In this document: positions 13,201 through 24,184 of the stretch, one piece after another
Layout of the letters: each line of letters opens with the position of its first letter
Numbering within the stretch: the stretch's first letter is position 1
Assembly: GCA_965637545.1 (NCBI GenBank)
Contig: OZ281494.1
Coordinates: 24,552,001 to 24,616,000, forward strand
DNA from: Phallusia mammillata
Lineage: Eukaryota
Length of the DNA stretch: 64,000 nucleotides
Direction of reading: 5' to 3'
Notes under the pieces: generated by a model
The model's input: the letters and a program-made list of their open reading frames with translations, nothing else
Databases searched by the model: none
What the model was told of the DNA's origin: nothing
Made by a program: the position numbers and the translations under genes

Positions 13201-14588
13201 TGCAACTATATAGCCACCTTTCTATTTAAGTTTAACTTACAATGTTTGTAGTATGTGCAACGTTTTTTTTAACAGAAATTAGACTACGATTACCTTACAA
13301 CATTTTTTTACATAGACAACAACTGCGGTGACAACGGGAGGAACATCAAAACGTTTTCCCCATATGGGACATTCCCGCAATCCGTCCGCAGCGAGCTGTG
13401 TGTCATTCGCAAGTTTTATCTCAGAACCTATTTCGGAAATGAACGAAGGTACGATTATGGTTTAGTTGTGGACTAAACATATGTTTTTTGCAAGCGGTAT
13501 GGCTTTCAGTAATGCATGCGTACTAAATACTTCAGTTTTGGATAAGGGTTTTCTGGTAATACTGTACATTTCTCAAAACTGCTTTGTTATCACCTCCCCT
13601 AACGGCTTTGGTTATTACCCACCCGGTATGTTGTGATACTGGCTACTGCAGTTTGCTAAACGTCAAATTAGAATTTTTATTACAAATGTCTGCTAAGCAC
13701 ATTACAACTTTCGTACTGTAGTCATGTCTTTTTTAAGCAGATTTGCTTTAAGTTGTGACGATATACAAAAACATTGCTAAGTAGGTAATCCTGTCTAACT
13801 GACTTAAATCATAATGTAGCTATGTTTGAACTGTTTGCAAATGTTCTTTACCGAAACGTTTGGAACAATTTAGTTTTTTGGAAATAAAGCAATATGGCGA
13901 CTTTTGTACTTGTTGGCTGCCATAACATCCCGAGCCCCGGGATAAAGTGTTTCACACACGGCTAAACAAGCTGATAAAATAATATAAAATTGTAGGCAGC
14001 AATTGGCGAGCGATGATGGATGCCCAGGAGGAGCAAACCACCCTCTCTCCTCCTCCAGAAGTGGAGTCAGATGAGGAGCCAACTTCATCCAAGATGAGCA
14101 CAGGAGGAGTTGCTAACACCAACCAACATGAAGATCTATGCAGAAAAGATTCCGGAAGTACAGTAGTGGAATGTAAAGATGCGCAACATCCAGAAGAAAC
14201 TGATGAACTTCCGGAAGACCTGGAAATCGTGCATGATCTATCCTCAAGTTTATCTTCAATCCATGAAGAAGCAAGCACCTCTGCATCCAAAAATCTGGAC
14301 AAGTCATTTTCTAACAGCAGCACAGTTGTTGTGCTTCCCAGAGCTGAAGTACCTCCCATAGGAGCACAGTCGGATGATTTATGTGCTGAAAAACCAATCG
14401 ACGAGGCATCAGAAGTCCAGAATCGCATCCAGATGTGGTTGGAGAATGCCTCGCGTTCAGTGCAGGACATGAATCTGGATCTCACACCTCCCGAAGAGGA
14501 AAACGGGCCAGAGGAGATTTCTTCTCCAGAGGAAGATTTGATCAAAGATGAACCTCAGGAGAAAGGAGATGAAATTGAAGAGCAATAA
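1201..14588 (+). CDS. SECISBP2L: SECIS-binding protein 2 family, SBP2L-type (partial, 5' exons outside the window). Exons 1201-1298, 1486-1609, 1732-1885, 2189-2270, 2507-2675, 2977-3044, 3356-3703, 5582-5698, 7253-7423, 7912-8072, 8321-8435, 8991-9108, 10177-10267, 10416-10496, 10869-11008, 11441-11595, 12686-12793, 13316-13448, 13996-14588
   Basis: All introns are GT-AG with consistent phases. Motifs: DSDSGYYSPKH; SID region NPLDSTAPMVKRGKERENPKPKKPSALKKVILKERE; IHSRRYREYCSQVLD; L7Ae RNA-binding domain KAKMRRRLVMGIREVTKHLKLKKLKCVIVSPNLEKIQSKGGLDDAL...FALGRKAMGRAVSKLVPVSIVGIFDYSGAE; HSRNPSAASCVSFASFISEPISE; acidic tail ending at TAA 14586-14588. Confidence 0.93.
4531..5172. mobile_element. 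Decayed hAT-MITE remnants (isolated TIR-like ends)
   Basis: Right-end-like TIRs TTTGGGAAACCGCTG (about 4532-4546) and CTGGGCACCCCTG (5160-5172), with no clean matching left end or TSD. Confidence 0.35.
5717..6272. mobile_element. hAT (Buster-like) MITE, 556 bp
   Basis: TIRs CAGTGGTTCCCAACC / GGTTGGGAACCACTG, with a perfect 8-bp TSD GTCTAGTG at 5709-5716 and 6273-6280. Confidence 0.92.
7621..7782. mobile_element. One-ended hAT MITE remnant
   Basis: Right end GGGGTTCGAGCGAACACAGGTTAAGAACCACTG resembles the right end of the 39407-40302 element. No left TIR was found and the left boundary is approximate. Confidence 0.55.
9960..10102. mobile_element. Degenerate short hAT MITE, 143 bp
   Basis: CAGTAGTTCTTTACCT / AGGTCAAGAACCACTG (14 of 16 inverted match); the TSD is not preserved. 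Confidence 0.55.
11838..12318. mobile_element. hAT (Buster-like) MITE, 481 bp
   Basis: TIRs CAGGGCTCTTCAACC / GGTTGAAGAGCACTG, with a perfect TSD ATATAAAC at 11830-11837 and 12319-12326. Confidence 0.92.
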
Positions 14589-14854
14589 CAATCCTAACGA
14601 GAACAAAAACATTTTTTCATTTTTGTTTATAATTATTTTGATGTGAATATACACTTTGTAAATGTGGCTCTTTACTAGGGGCTGAAAATGTGACGTTTTT
14701 GCAGCATCAACAAATTAAGAAAGCTTTGTTAAATTTCCTATTAGTTTTTTTACGTTATGTGAGTTAAAACCATGATACAAACCTTAAAGTGGAACTTAAT
14801 TATTTTTATAATTTAACCATAAAAACAGTGCAACAGATGCAGCCAAGCTTGCAA

Positions 14855-15442
14855 TGACGTCACTTGAAAAACGTCATTAATTAATGACGTTACAAGAATC
14901 GTGAAAAAGACAATTATTTTGTGTTTTTTCTGGGGATGGCTTTGCCGTCACGTAAACGGCCGAGCGCAGGCGATGACGCCATAAACTGACCGTATGACGT
15001 CACAGAGGGAAAGCTTAAGAGAGTTTGGTGTGATAAGGCCTGCTGGCTATCCCGACTGAAGGAACTTTGTGTGTACTTTCTTGTCTTCAGTTGACAAAAC
15101 CTTTATTCGCGTTATCGTTTGTGTCCATTTTTCCGTAGTTCAAAGTTCGAAGACACCAGTATTTTGGCGACCACTCGTGTGTTGTTTTTGTCGCCACTGA
15201 AAACCCAGTATTTACCCTAAAATACGACAATTTACCTCTTATTTGTTATAATAAGCCGTGTGTGTATCGCAATGTCAACAAATTTGCGTTTCCCCAATAT
15301 CTTACATGAACTGGCCTCTGTCCTAACATAATACATAGTTGAGACCAACTTGCAAGCAGTCTATCAAAATTTTCGATTGCCTATAATCTCGCTTTTGGGT
15401 TTTTCCCTATGCACACGTCACACCCATGTAACAATGACGTCA
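14855..15442. promoter_or_regulatory. Cluster of CRE/ATF (bZIP) motifs; candidate promoter or enhancer between SBP2L and AIP
   Basis: Three perfect TGACGTCA palindromes (14855, 14995, 15435) plus several TGACG half-sites and variants (about 14870 on the minus strand, 14885, 14946, 14974) in locally CpG-richer sequence. Confidence 0.5.
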
Positions 15443-17194
15443 TAAGAGCTGAATTCAATGTTTTGCCTATGCAAGTGAAAAGTGCCGTCCAGCATGTAAG
15501 GAGGCGTGTTGGTTTATAAGTAATTGACCTGAGTTCAAAGGCACATATGCCCTAATTATTACTTTTGCGTTTGTATATGTTTTGCCTAATCCTGTACATT
15601 ATGATAGACGTTTTTTTTTTGAACAATAATTTTCTTGTAGTTTGAGACTCGTTTGAGAACTACTGCGTTTTGTTTCTAATTCCGCGTTGACAAAACACCA
15701 AAGCAAAGTTTTTCGTAATTTAACGTTTTTTGGGGGGTAGACAGATTTACAGTAAATTTATTTTTCCTGTACCTCTTATGACTTTCATTTGACAGAGTTA
15801 TCATATAAACGTGTAGATACTTGCCAATGGAATTATTCAACCTAAAATTGGTTTGGGGTAATTTTGGTTACCATAGCTGCAATATATTTTCATTTGCATT
15901 TGTGTGAATTTTCTACAGTCTACAATTAATCGTCTTGTTTTCAGCAATTGTTAGATGTTTTTGCAGCAAAATGGGGCCATGTAATCTTGAAAGGCCTGGA
16001 ATTGTTTTTGATGTAATACAGAATTTAATCTTTCTTGTTTTTGTGGCCAATGCAAAACTGACAAATGTTTTTGTGCAGAAAAAACTCTATTTCGTTTTTT
16101 TTTAACTGGAATATTTGGAAATTTATTCACCTATCACTTGATCTCTCGCATTTTGTCTTCAAACGGGTTGCCCTAAATGGAAAAACAACAACATAGCATA
16201 GATATGAAAAGTTTCAGACTTACCACCATATCACACTGTGAATGTTGTTTGTTTAATTTGACATTAATAATATCAGACCTAGTACAAGTCTGCTCGTTGA
16301 TGGCGTGTATCTATATCACAGTTTGTTTAATAATTTCACCAAAAATGTGTTTTCGACTGTTTGTAACAAAATTGATTTGCAAAATGTTATAACAGTAAAA
16401 TTTGTGTTTCAATTGCGGCCAAAAATGTGTTTCTCAGACATGTAAATTCGCCAAAACTGCAGTCAGAAATCTCCTTTAACCTTAACCGTTGTTTTATATC
16501 TCCGTTTGGAAAATGTACAGAGAAATTTTTGCTTTATCATGTGTCAATACATTATGATTTGACCTCTTGATGATACAGTTACATCATAGATTGTGTCCTA
16601 TGTTTGTTGGGAATATAAATCAACTTAAACCAAAAATTTAAGGGAAACAATTAAAATAAATTATAGATCGAAAAGCTTATGTCCCCCTGAACTGTACTAA
16701 TTGCTCAAAACCCATTTAGTGCGTGCCAAATTGCCCAATAATACCACAGTACGTCGTGATACTGTTAGTACGATTGGAACATGTGTATCTATAGACTTGT
16801 ATAGTTTGTGCTATTAGGTGGTAAGCAGATATCGCAGGGTTGTTGAAAGTTTAAGGAAAGTAGAACAAGTGATGTTTGGTTCTGTTTTTTGTTGTAGGTG
16901 AGCGGGCAACTTAAGCTCTGGTCCGATGAATCGTTTTTACTTTGTTTTTTTTTCTGCTTCGAAGTCGTGTTTGGCCACGTTACTGTTTTTTCTAGAATTT
17001 GGGCGTAAAATCTGTATTCGAAAACAATTTTCAAAAAACACATTTTGTGTCCGGAATTTAAGCGTCTTTTAGCCTAACCAGCAGAAGTTTTCATTTTTTT
17101 CCTGAGGGACTTAAATATTTACGTTTAATCGTTGTCTGTTCTGTTTTTGATACATAATGATTCATACAAAACTACTTATCAGCATGGATTTAAG

Positions 17195-17543
17195 CAGTGG
17201 TTCTCAACCTTTCGTGGACCGTGGCCCTATAGGTAACTTTTGCACCTCGTGGGCCCCCTTCAAGTAACCCTGTAGGACTTGTGACCCCCTTAAAAATGTA
17301 AATGACAATTTCATGTTGGAATTCGGTACTAATTTCGACTTTAAACAGGTCGAATAGAATAAACAAGAATCCGTAATCGTTAAAACCTCAATATAGACAA
17401 ATAGTATGTGAAATAGTCGATTAAATTAGGGAATAAAGGAATTGGATTTTAGTGGGTGTTTCTGGTGAATCTACACCCGTGCCCCCCTGGAACACAGCTC
17501 GTGGCCCGCCTGGGGGGCCATGGGTTCTGGTTGAGAACCACTG
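17195..17543. mobile_element. hAT (Buster-like) MITE, 349 bp
   Basis: TIRs CAGTGGTTCTCAACC / GGTTGAGAACCACTG; TSD GATTTAAG / GATTAAAG (1 mismatch). Confidence 0.9.
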
Positions 17544-17783
17544 GATTAAAGGCTATTTGGTGATTTTTTCGCCTTGAAAACTAACAATACTCTGTTAAAA
17601 AGGAACGGATCCTGTGAAACTTCTATTTTTTAACTTACTAAGAAACAAAACTGGGCTTTTTGTCTCTGTGATAGTAACGCTATTTTGTTAAAAATGGGAC
17701 TGTTTGAGTTGGTAACAAGTAACAACATGCGATAGAAAGCATTATGGTGAATGTTTGGTGTCGCCTAAGATATTTATCTAAAC

Positions 17784-18081
17784 CAGGGGTGGGCAACCCG
17801 CGGGCCGCATAAGCTTGTGCGGCCCGCAGAAACGCTTGGATTTCAAAAGTACTGGCAAACGAGTCCAATTATTACATATTTTTGAGCCGATTAATGCGCC
17901 TGGTGCTAGTTTTCTGCGATCTGGCAAAATGTGGCTAGAATCAAATACGAATTATACTTGTAGTTAAGCATATTTGGTAAGAAACAAAGCAAAATCACTT
18001 TGTGTGATGCACTTGTGCGGCCCTCGATCCAATTTTAACATTTATAATTGGCCCTACAGTAACAAAGGTTGCCCACCCCTG
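17784..18081. mobile_element. hAT (Buster-like) MITE, 298 bp
   Basis: Perfect TIRs CAGGGGTGGGCAACC / GGTTGCCCACCCCTG, with a perfect TSD ATCTAAAC at 17776-17783 and 18082-18089. Confidence 0.93.
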
Positions 18082-18463
18082 ATCTAAACCGTCCAGAATT
18101 TAATTGCTCAAGCAGATATGGTGACCCTACTCTAGGACAAGTTGCTGACTGGAAATGCTCACTTTAAAAATACTTCTCTTCAATAAGCATGCAAAGAGTT
18201 ACAGAAACTGGTTGCAAGTTAACCAAAACTGCCAAAGATAATAGTCCCAGGGGTTGTTATAAAAATAAATTTAAAATAATATTTCTATGATTCATTTGTT
18301 ACGTGAGGGGGAGGTGAGTTTGTTTTTGTGCGGCGGTGAAGTTGGAAAAGAAAAATAGGGTGTAATGTTTTTGATTGTTATTTGTTTCTAATTTAATGCA
18401 ATGTCTCCATTTAGCTAAAACCGACTTTATCTTTTTAGTTATTTGTCATTATATTAACTGAGA

Positions 18464-21400
18464 ATGGTCGTCATGACTGAAACCATTGGAAAGCACAAAA
18501 TTAAAAAGACGATTGTGGAACAAGGCAATGGAAAAAAGCCAAAGTTTGATACTGGAGCCAAAGCAACTTTTCACTTCAGAACAATTGACCCTGCAGCAGA
18601 GGTACGAGCGTACTTATTTTTAAAGCAATGCATTCACATCCATTGGTCCAAAAAGTGGTTGCACTCGCGCTTGCTGTTTTTAAAACACACCTGATATCGT
18701 TTTTTCATTCACTGTAAAGTATATGTTGGGGTTGTAGTAGAAACGCCCGGTACTGGCAATATTGTCAGTATCAGTATCCAATAGTACCAGTCATTGAAGT
18801 ATACTTTACTGCTGCTTAATGTCCTTGTTTTATAGATAAATATAACCAATCTGTTCGGTTTCATTTGTGGAAAAGCATTTTTTTATTTTATGTATAGTAT
18901 TGTCATAAATTTCAATACATATCATGATTAGAAAACTTGTCAACAATACAAAACAACATGTTTGGCTTAGATGATACAAAAGCAACCCTGGCACTTTCAG
19001 ACTCATGGAAAGCTTCTTGTGTACTTTCTTAGCGTAACATTGGCTTATTTTAAATTTGCAGAAGAAATCAAGTGTAATAGATGACTCAAGGACATTCAAG
19101 AAACCTTTTGAACTTTTAATTGGACGAAGTTTTAAACTGGAATGTTGGGAGGAGTGTGTTAAGTCGATGTCACCAGGGGAAATTGCCTTGTTTTCTTGCC
19201 CGCTGAAATGTGTTGTTGACTACCCTGTGATATCAAGAAGTTTAAGAGACCTGCACCATGGTATGGCTTTAGAATGGTTTATTGGTATTGTTGTGTTTGT
19301 TACTAGTTGTCCTATTTGTACATTAAACAAAATGTGTTGAATTTACTGCTCTACTTAAGCACAACAGAGGTTACAATGTTCAAAATTCCCTGCATGGAAG
19401 CCAAATGCAATCTTTGTTTTTTTGTAAAATGTTTGGCTACCTTTGTTAACATATACCCTTCCTCTGTATTAATGAGAATTATTGTACTACCTCATCGGCT
19501 GTATAAACACTTCCATTGCTTCCAGCAATTACAAATTTAAGGTTTAGCACAATTGATTGCTCTTTCGGACTGCCCCGAGGCTGGTTACAAACCATAACAA
19601 GATTTGGTTATCAACAGGTCATGACCATACCTCTCACTCATGTGGACTTCATGCTTTAGAAAATGGCCTTGGATATCCTGACCTCAATGAACTCCAGAAA
19701 AACATGCGACCTCTTGATTTTGAGTTTGAATTATTAAAAGTATAGCAAACAATGTTACATTTTTATGAAACGTTTTCAATAACATATTTCTTGGATAAAT
19801 TAAAATTTGTGTGAAGGTATGAAACTGTAATCATTTCTGTACATAGATTTAGAAATTTTAGTTACAACCAAAATGGTTAAGAAATTGCCTTTTTTAAGAC
19901 AGGAAAGGTCAAATCTAAATTAATAAATAAAGTACTAAAATGTATAATTTTGTTTGTAGGTTGAAGAAGTTGATACTTATGAAAAGGAACTATGGCAAAT
20001 GAATCCTGAAGAAATGTTGGCCAATGTTCCAAGGTAACATTCTGATGGTGTGTTTTTACTAGTGGTTCAAAGTAGGGGTAGTTTACTATTTTGTTTTTTG
20101 CAGATACCACGAGGAAGGAAATAAGTTGTTTAAAGAAGGAAAAATTTTGGAAGCCGAGAAAAAGTATGCAAATGGTATTGGCTGTTTAAAACATCTTCAA
20201 ATCAAGGTAAAAAAGAGAGATACACTTAATCCACTTACAACATATGTCAATTTTCCACAGTATGTCAGCTGTTCAGAGATTAACAGTCATAGTGATTTTA
20301 CAATAGTGATTAACATATGTTGTGTTCCGGATTAGACTGAGGCAGTTATTATGTGTGCTCTGTAACTGGTTAAAAAGCCATTGAATTTTGGTTTTGCAAG
20401 CTTGGTCTACTTTTATAATACTTGCAATGCGAAAATACAAAATAGACTTTTTTGTTTCGCGTTTTTAATGTGTTTTCTATGTCATGATGTGCACTGTCAA
20501 ACCAAAGCCAAAAAGAACTGGTTTAACATTTGTGTATTGTCACAGGAGCGTCCTGGTACAGAAACCTGGGTTGATCTGGACAACCAACAAATCCCGCTTC
20601 TATTAAACTTTGCTCAGTGCAAGTTAAACCAAGGAGAATACCAAGTGTGCATCACGCATTGCACAGAAGTACTGGAGAAAATTGATGGCGCTGTAAGTAT
20701 TTGGCAGCTCATATTTATAAACAAGGGTTACCCCAGTAATGCTGTTCTGGGATCTTACTATATGTTAAATCATAAAAATTGTGCACAAAAGGAAAACATC
20801 CATTGTAATACATGTAACTGCCTGCGAAGTCATTTTTAAATCTGTGGTGAATCATTGTATCATCAAGCCTGTCTCCCAAGCATGACAAGGAAAAAAATCT
20901 TGCCTCTAGTGGGATTTGAACCCTTGATTAGGAGGTTTAGTGGTGAACCCACTGAAACGTCTTCAATTGGCCTGGCGTACTATGATTTATGAATCAGTAC
21001 ATGATGTTTGGTGGTCTACATCAGGGTTTCTCAAACTGTGGGTTGCGACCCAAACTGGGATCGAGAAATATAATTTTGGGGTTGCGAAACATCATGCGTA
21101 TATTATGTCATTGCCACAATAAATGGAATACATGCGTAAAATTTATTGTTTAAACATCATTCATGTGTATAGGCTATGCCCATCACAAAGGTTTTTTTAT
21201 TCTAAAATGGGGTCACAGAGCAACAAAGTTTAAGGAGCCCTGTCCAACATGAACGCTTTAGGGCTAATCCCAGAATGTATTCATCTCTGTGGTGTTAAAT
21301 TATAAAAAAAACTTTTCAAAAATGTGTACAATAGAATAATTTACAATGTAATTTTAGCTACAATTTGACTAAATTCTATTCCCTACCCATTTTTGCAACC

Positions 21401-21620
21401 ATTTTTATAGGACAATGTGAAGGCTTTGTTTAAACGGGGCAAAGCTTATGCATTTGGAATGGATGAAAAAGAATGTAGACAGGATTTTGAGCGAGCACTG
21501 CAACTTGACCCAACAATAAAATCAGCTGTTGAAAAAGAATTACGTGAGCTGGCTGTCCGACAAAAACAAAGAGATGCTGAATTATCGAAACATCTAAAAG
21601 GGATGTTTTCTGGATTTTAG
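18464..21620 (+). CDS. AIP: AH receptor-interacting protein (AIP/AIPL1 family; FKBP-type domain plus TPRs), 330 aa. Exons 18464-18601, 19062-19260, 19618-19739, 19960-20033, 20104-20206, 20546-20692, 21411-21620
   Basis: The spliced ORF is 993 nt with consistent phases. Motifs KATFHFRT, VIDDSR..KPFELLIGRSFKLECWE, LGYPDLNEL, YHEEGNKLFKEG, IPLLLNFAQCKL and DNVKALFKRGKA...LQLDP match the AIP family. Confidence 0.93.
20850..20975 (-). mobile_element. Decayed tRNA-derived SINE head
   Basis: GGGATTTGAACCC at 20911-20923 is the reverse complement of a Pol III B box; the A box is not clear. Confidence 0.35.
21022..21242. mobile_element. Degenerate hAT MITE in the last AIP intron
   Basis: CAGGGTTTCTCAAACT / AGTTTAAGGAGCCCTG imperfect TIRs; flanks GTCTACAT / TCCAACAT are only a partial TSD. 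Confidence 0.65.
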
Positions 21621-23179
21621 AGCATCATTATTTTTGTCAGCTCCCAACACAAGACTGCCACTTTCAATGTGATTTTTGACTTGTTTGTGTTATTCTGTCC
21701 ACATTTTTTTAAACAAAAATCCATTTTGTTGAACTCCTGCAGTTTTCAATTTGATATTTCTGTTTTTATTTTATTGTACCTGAGAAAAAAAGGACATGTT
21801 TTTGGATGTACTTTAAGGTTTTTAATAAATTTCGAACTGTATTTTTTTAAATTCTTTAATCCTTTTTGTTGCTGTTACATTGCATTTTATGATTTAAATC
21901 AGCGTTTAGTTGCCAAAAGTTTAAACACCGTACAGTTTAATACCTAATGCTAAAAGGAAAACATTTTTTCTCTAGTTGTAAAATAATCGTTTCTTGTTGG
22001 AAGTCTTCTCACATTTATATACTTTACCATTATTGTCCCACAATAGTCAAAATGCAATAATACCATTTTCCCTGCAGTAATTACTTTTTGCTGCCCAAAC
22101 ATTGTCCATGACTTAATGACAGGCAAAAGCACAGGTATCCAATGAGGAGAAAAAATAGGGCATGTTTTTTACCAAATCATTGTTACTTACTGATGTGTGC
22201 TATATGGATTTAATCCCTATTGCCAGCATTCATTTGTTGACATAGCTTCTTTTTTACACAAACATACTACAGATTTTTTATTAGGGCACATGTTAAGCCA
22301 ATACATCTTCTGTAATGGTTTGGCCTCCTTGGCTTTATCCCTATTGCCAGCATTAGTTTGTTGACTTGGTTACTTTTTATAAACAAAATTGCAGATTTTT
22401 TATGTGCTTGGCCCAATTCACTGGTCTGAGTATCTGGTGTCCATGATTGTTGCTTTATTTTGTAATACATGATGCCTGATTTTGCCACCATTTATGTATT
22501 TCCATTCAAACCCAAAAGTTGACCGAATACACTGATTGACTGTAGCTTTTAAAGCTCGCTGATTACTACTGTTTGTTTGAAACCATTTGCACATATGGTG
22601 CAACTTTAAGACTAGTTAGCCATATGGCAAACTCAAACTAAGACTTGATTGGCTTTGATGTTTGGGTTTTAAAAACTTATTAGTTTGTGTTGCTTGTGTG
22701 TTAAATGCTACTTTAGAGCTAGTTCAAATCTGGTTGTTACTTTAAAAGTTTTTTTTCCGTTTTATGTTAACATTTTTTACTTTAGCACTTGTGACAAAAA
22801 TGCAGTATTTAAAAAATGCCTGGGCATTTAGGTCCAACTTTCATTAAAAAACAATAATTACCAGCTCTTTGACATATCAACATTTTTGTTATTTTTTGTT
22901 GGATTGTTGTATTGTTATCATGCACAAACTGTAGCAACGTGTTCCTAGGGGTGACTATGCTGTTATGTGTTTCGTAATACATCACCTTTATACGTGTTTA
23001 TGAAAAAGCAGCAGCCAAGCGTTGTAAACGCTTTATTGCAAACTGTGCAGGAATTAAAAGTATTTCATTTGGTCACTCGTCCGAAGTGAAGGTTAAACAA
23101 AGTTAATGAATTTCTTTATCCTATGTGGGTGATCAACTCCGGAATGCGTCTGTTAAATCGTTTTTAATTTGATTATTAC

Positions 23180-23335
23180 GAGGCATAGGTTTGGTGATTT
23201 CCGTTTGTTTCAACCCATCACGTTCCAGCAATCCTCAGTTTCTCGCACAATGAAGCACAAGTGGTCGAGACAGGATTGGCACCCACAACCTTGTGAACAC
23301 ATGGCGATTGCGCTAACCACTCAGCCACCAAGGCG
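23180..23335 (-). mobile_element. tRNA-derived SINE, same family as 61657-61828
   Basis: The minus strand reads GGTGGCTGAGTGGTTAGCG (A box) ... CACAAGGTTGTGGGTGCCAATCC (degenerate B box) ... CACTTGTG. Confidence 0.7.
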
Positions 23336-24184
23336 AGTTCGATTCCATAAACTCAAAAAGAATACGAACTAGTTAAGACGCTTACTAATGGGTGAACTGT
23401 GAGTGTTACATGACCAGCTATCGTGCTGCCGACGAGTGAGATTTAAACCTAAAAGATGCTGAAAGTTTTAAAAACTGGAAATGTTTAAATCGAACGTTTT
23501 TATCTAATTTCAAAAGCGAAAGCACAATACCCTTTCCGCTTAGAAAACAACAACATTGAAAAAGACAATTCGATTGATAATTTACAAACTATAATACAGG
23601 GTGGCACTTAAAGTTGGTAACGGTACATAGTAAAGCGAGAAGCGCAAAAAACGTTAAATAGAAAGATACAAACAACATTGAATCGGGTTATTATGATGCA
23701 TAGGCCTATATGCATCCACGAGGGCTACGAAAATAATATTACATGTTTGCAACAAAAGTTTTGCCCACCAAAAATTGGCTATTGTTGATTACCTGGAAAG
23801 AAAAAAGACATTGAGCTGAAATACCTTATTTTTTCGTGGTAAAAAAGTTCTTAATATGTCAGATTTGTATCGCATTTAACGATTATGTAAGGTACAAACA
23901 AATGTCCCAGCCAAAAACTTCAATGTATGTGGGAATGAAAAAATATGAAAAAAACAAAAAAGTGTGATTGGTTTACGATGTTTATATTTTGACCTGCGCA
24001 TGTACAATGGTTGTTCTAGAAAACGATTTGTAATATTTCTTTCTTCGAAGCACGTTTAAATAGGAAAATTCATTTTCAGGGCGCTAGTTTTCCCGCGCTT
24101 TTTTACAGCAAGTATTTCGTTTTGTACATTTTGAATGTAATATTCTTTCCGGTCTCTGAAAGGCGTTTTGCACGATTGAAGAAA

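Noticed and set aside
13952-14545. 197-aa antisense ORF over the last SBP2L exon, and likewise 54741-55286 and 24729-25148
   Set aside because: Shadow ORFs opposite low-complexity coding exons, with no independent domain signal.
14850-15000. ATGA...AAAA...GA hairpins after the SBP2L stop, considered as a SECIS element
   Set aside because: The stems are CRE palindromes that pair through the ATGA itself, lack the 11-13 bp helix II and G.A quartet geometry, and SBP2L has no in-frame TGA.
15450-17190. Hidden protein-coding gene between SBP2L and AIP, or in 25300-28600
   Set aside because: The ORFs are short with AT-biased composition, and I could not build a phase-consistent exon chain or recognise any motif.
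23785-23800. Alternative CYSTM1 acceptor giving VGNQQ*
   Set aside because: The nearer exon at 24288-24185 supplies the diagnostic CYSTM module.
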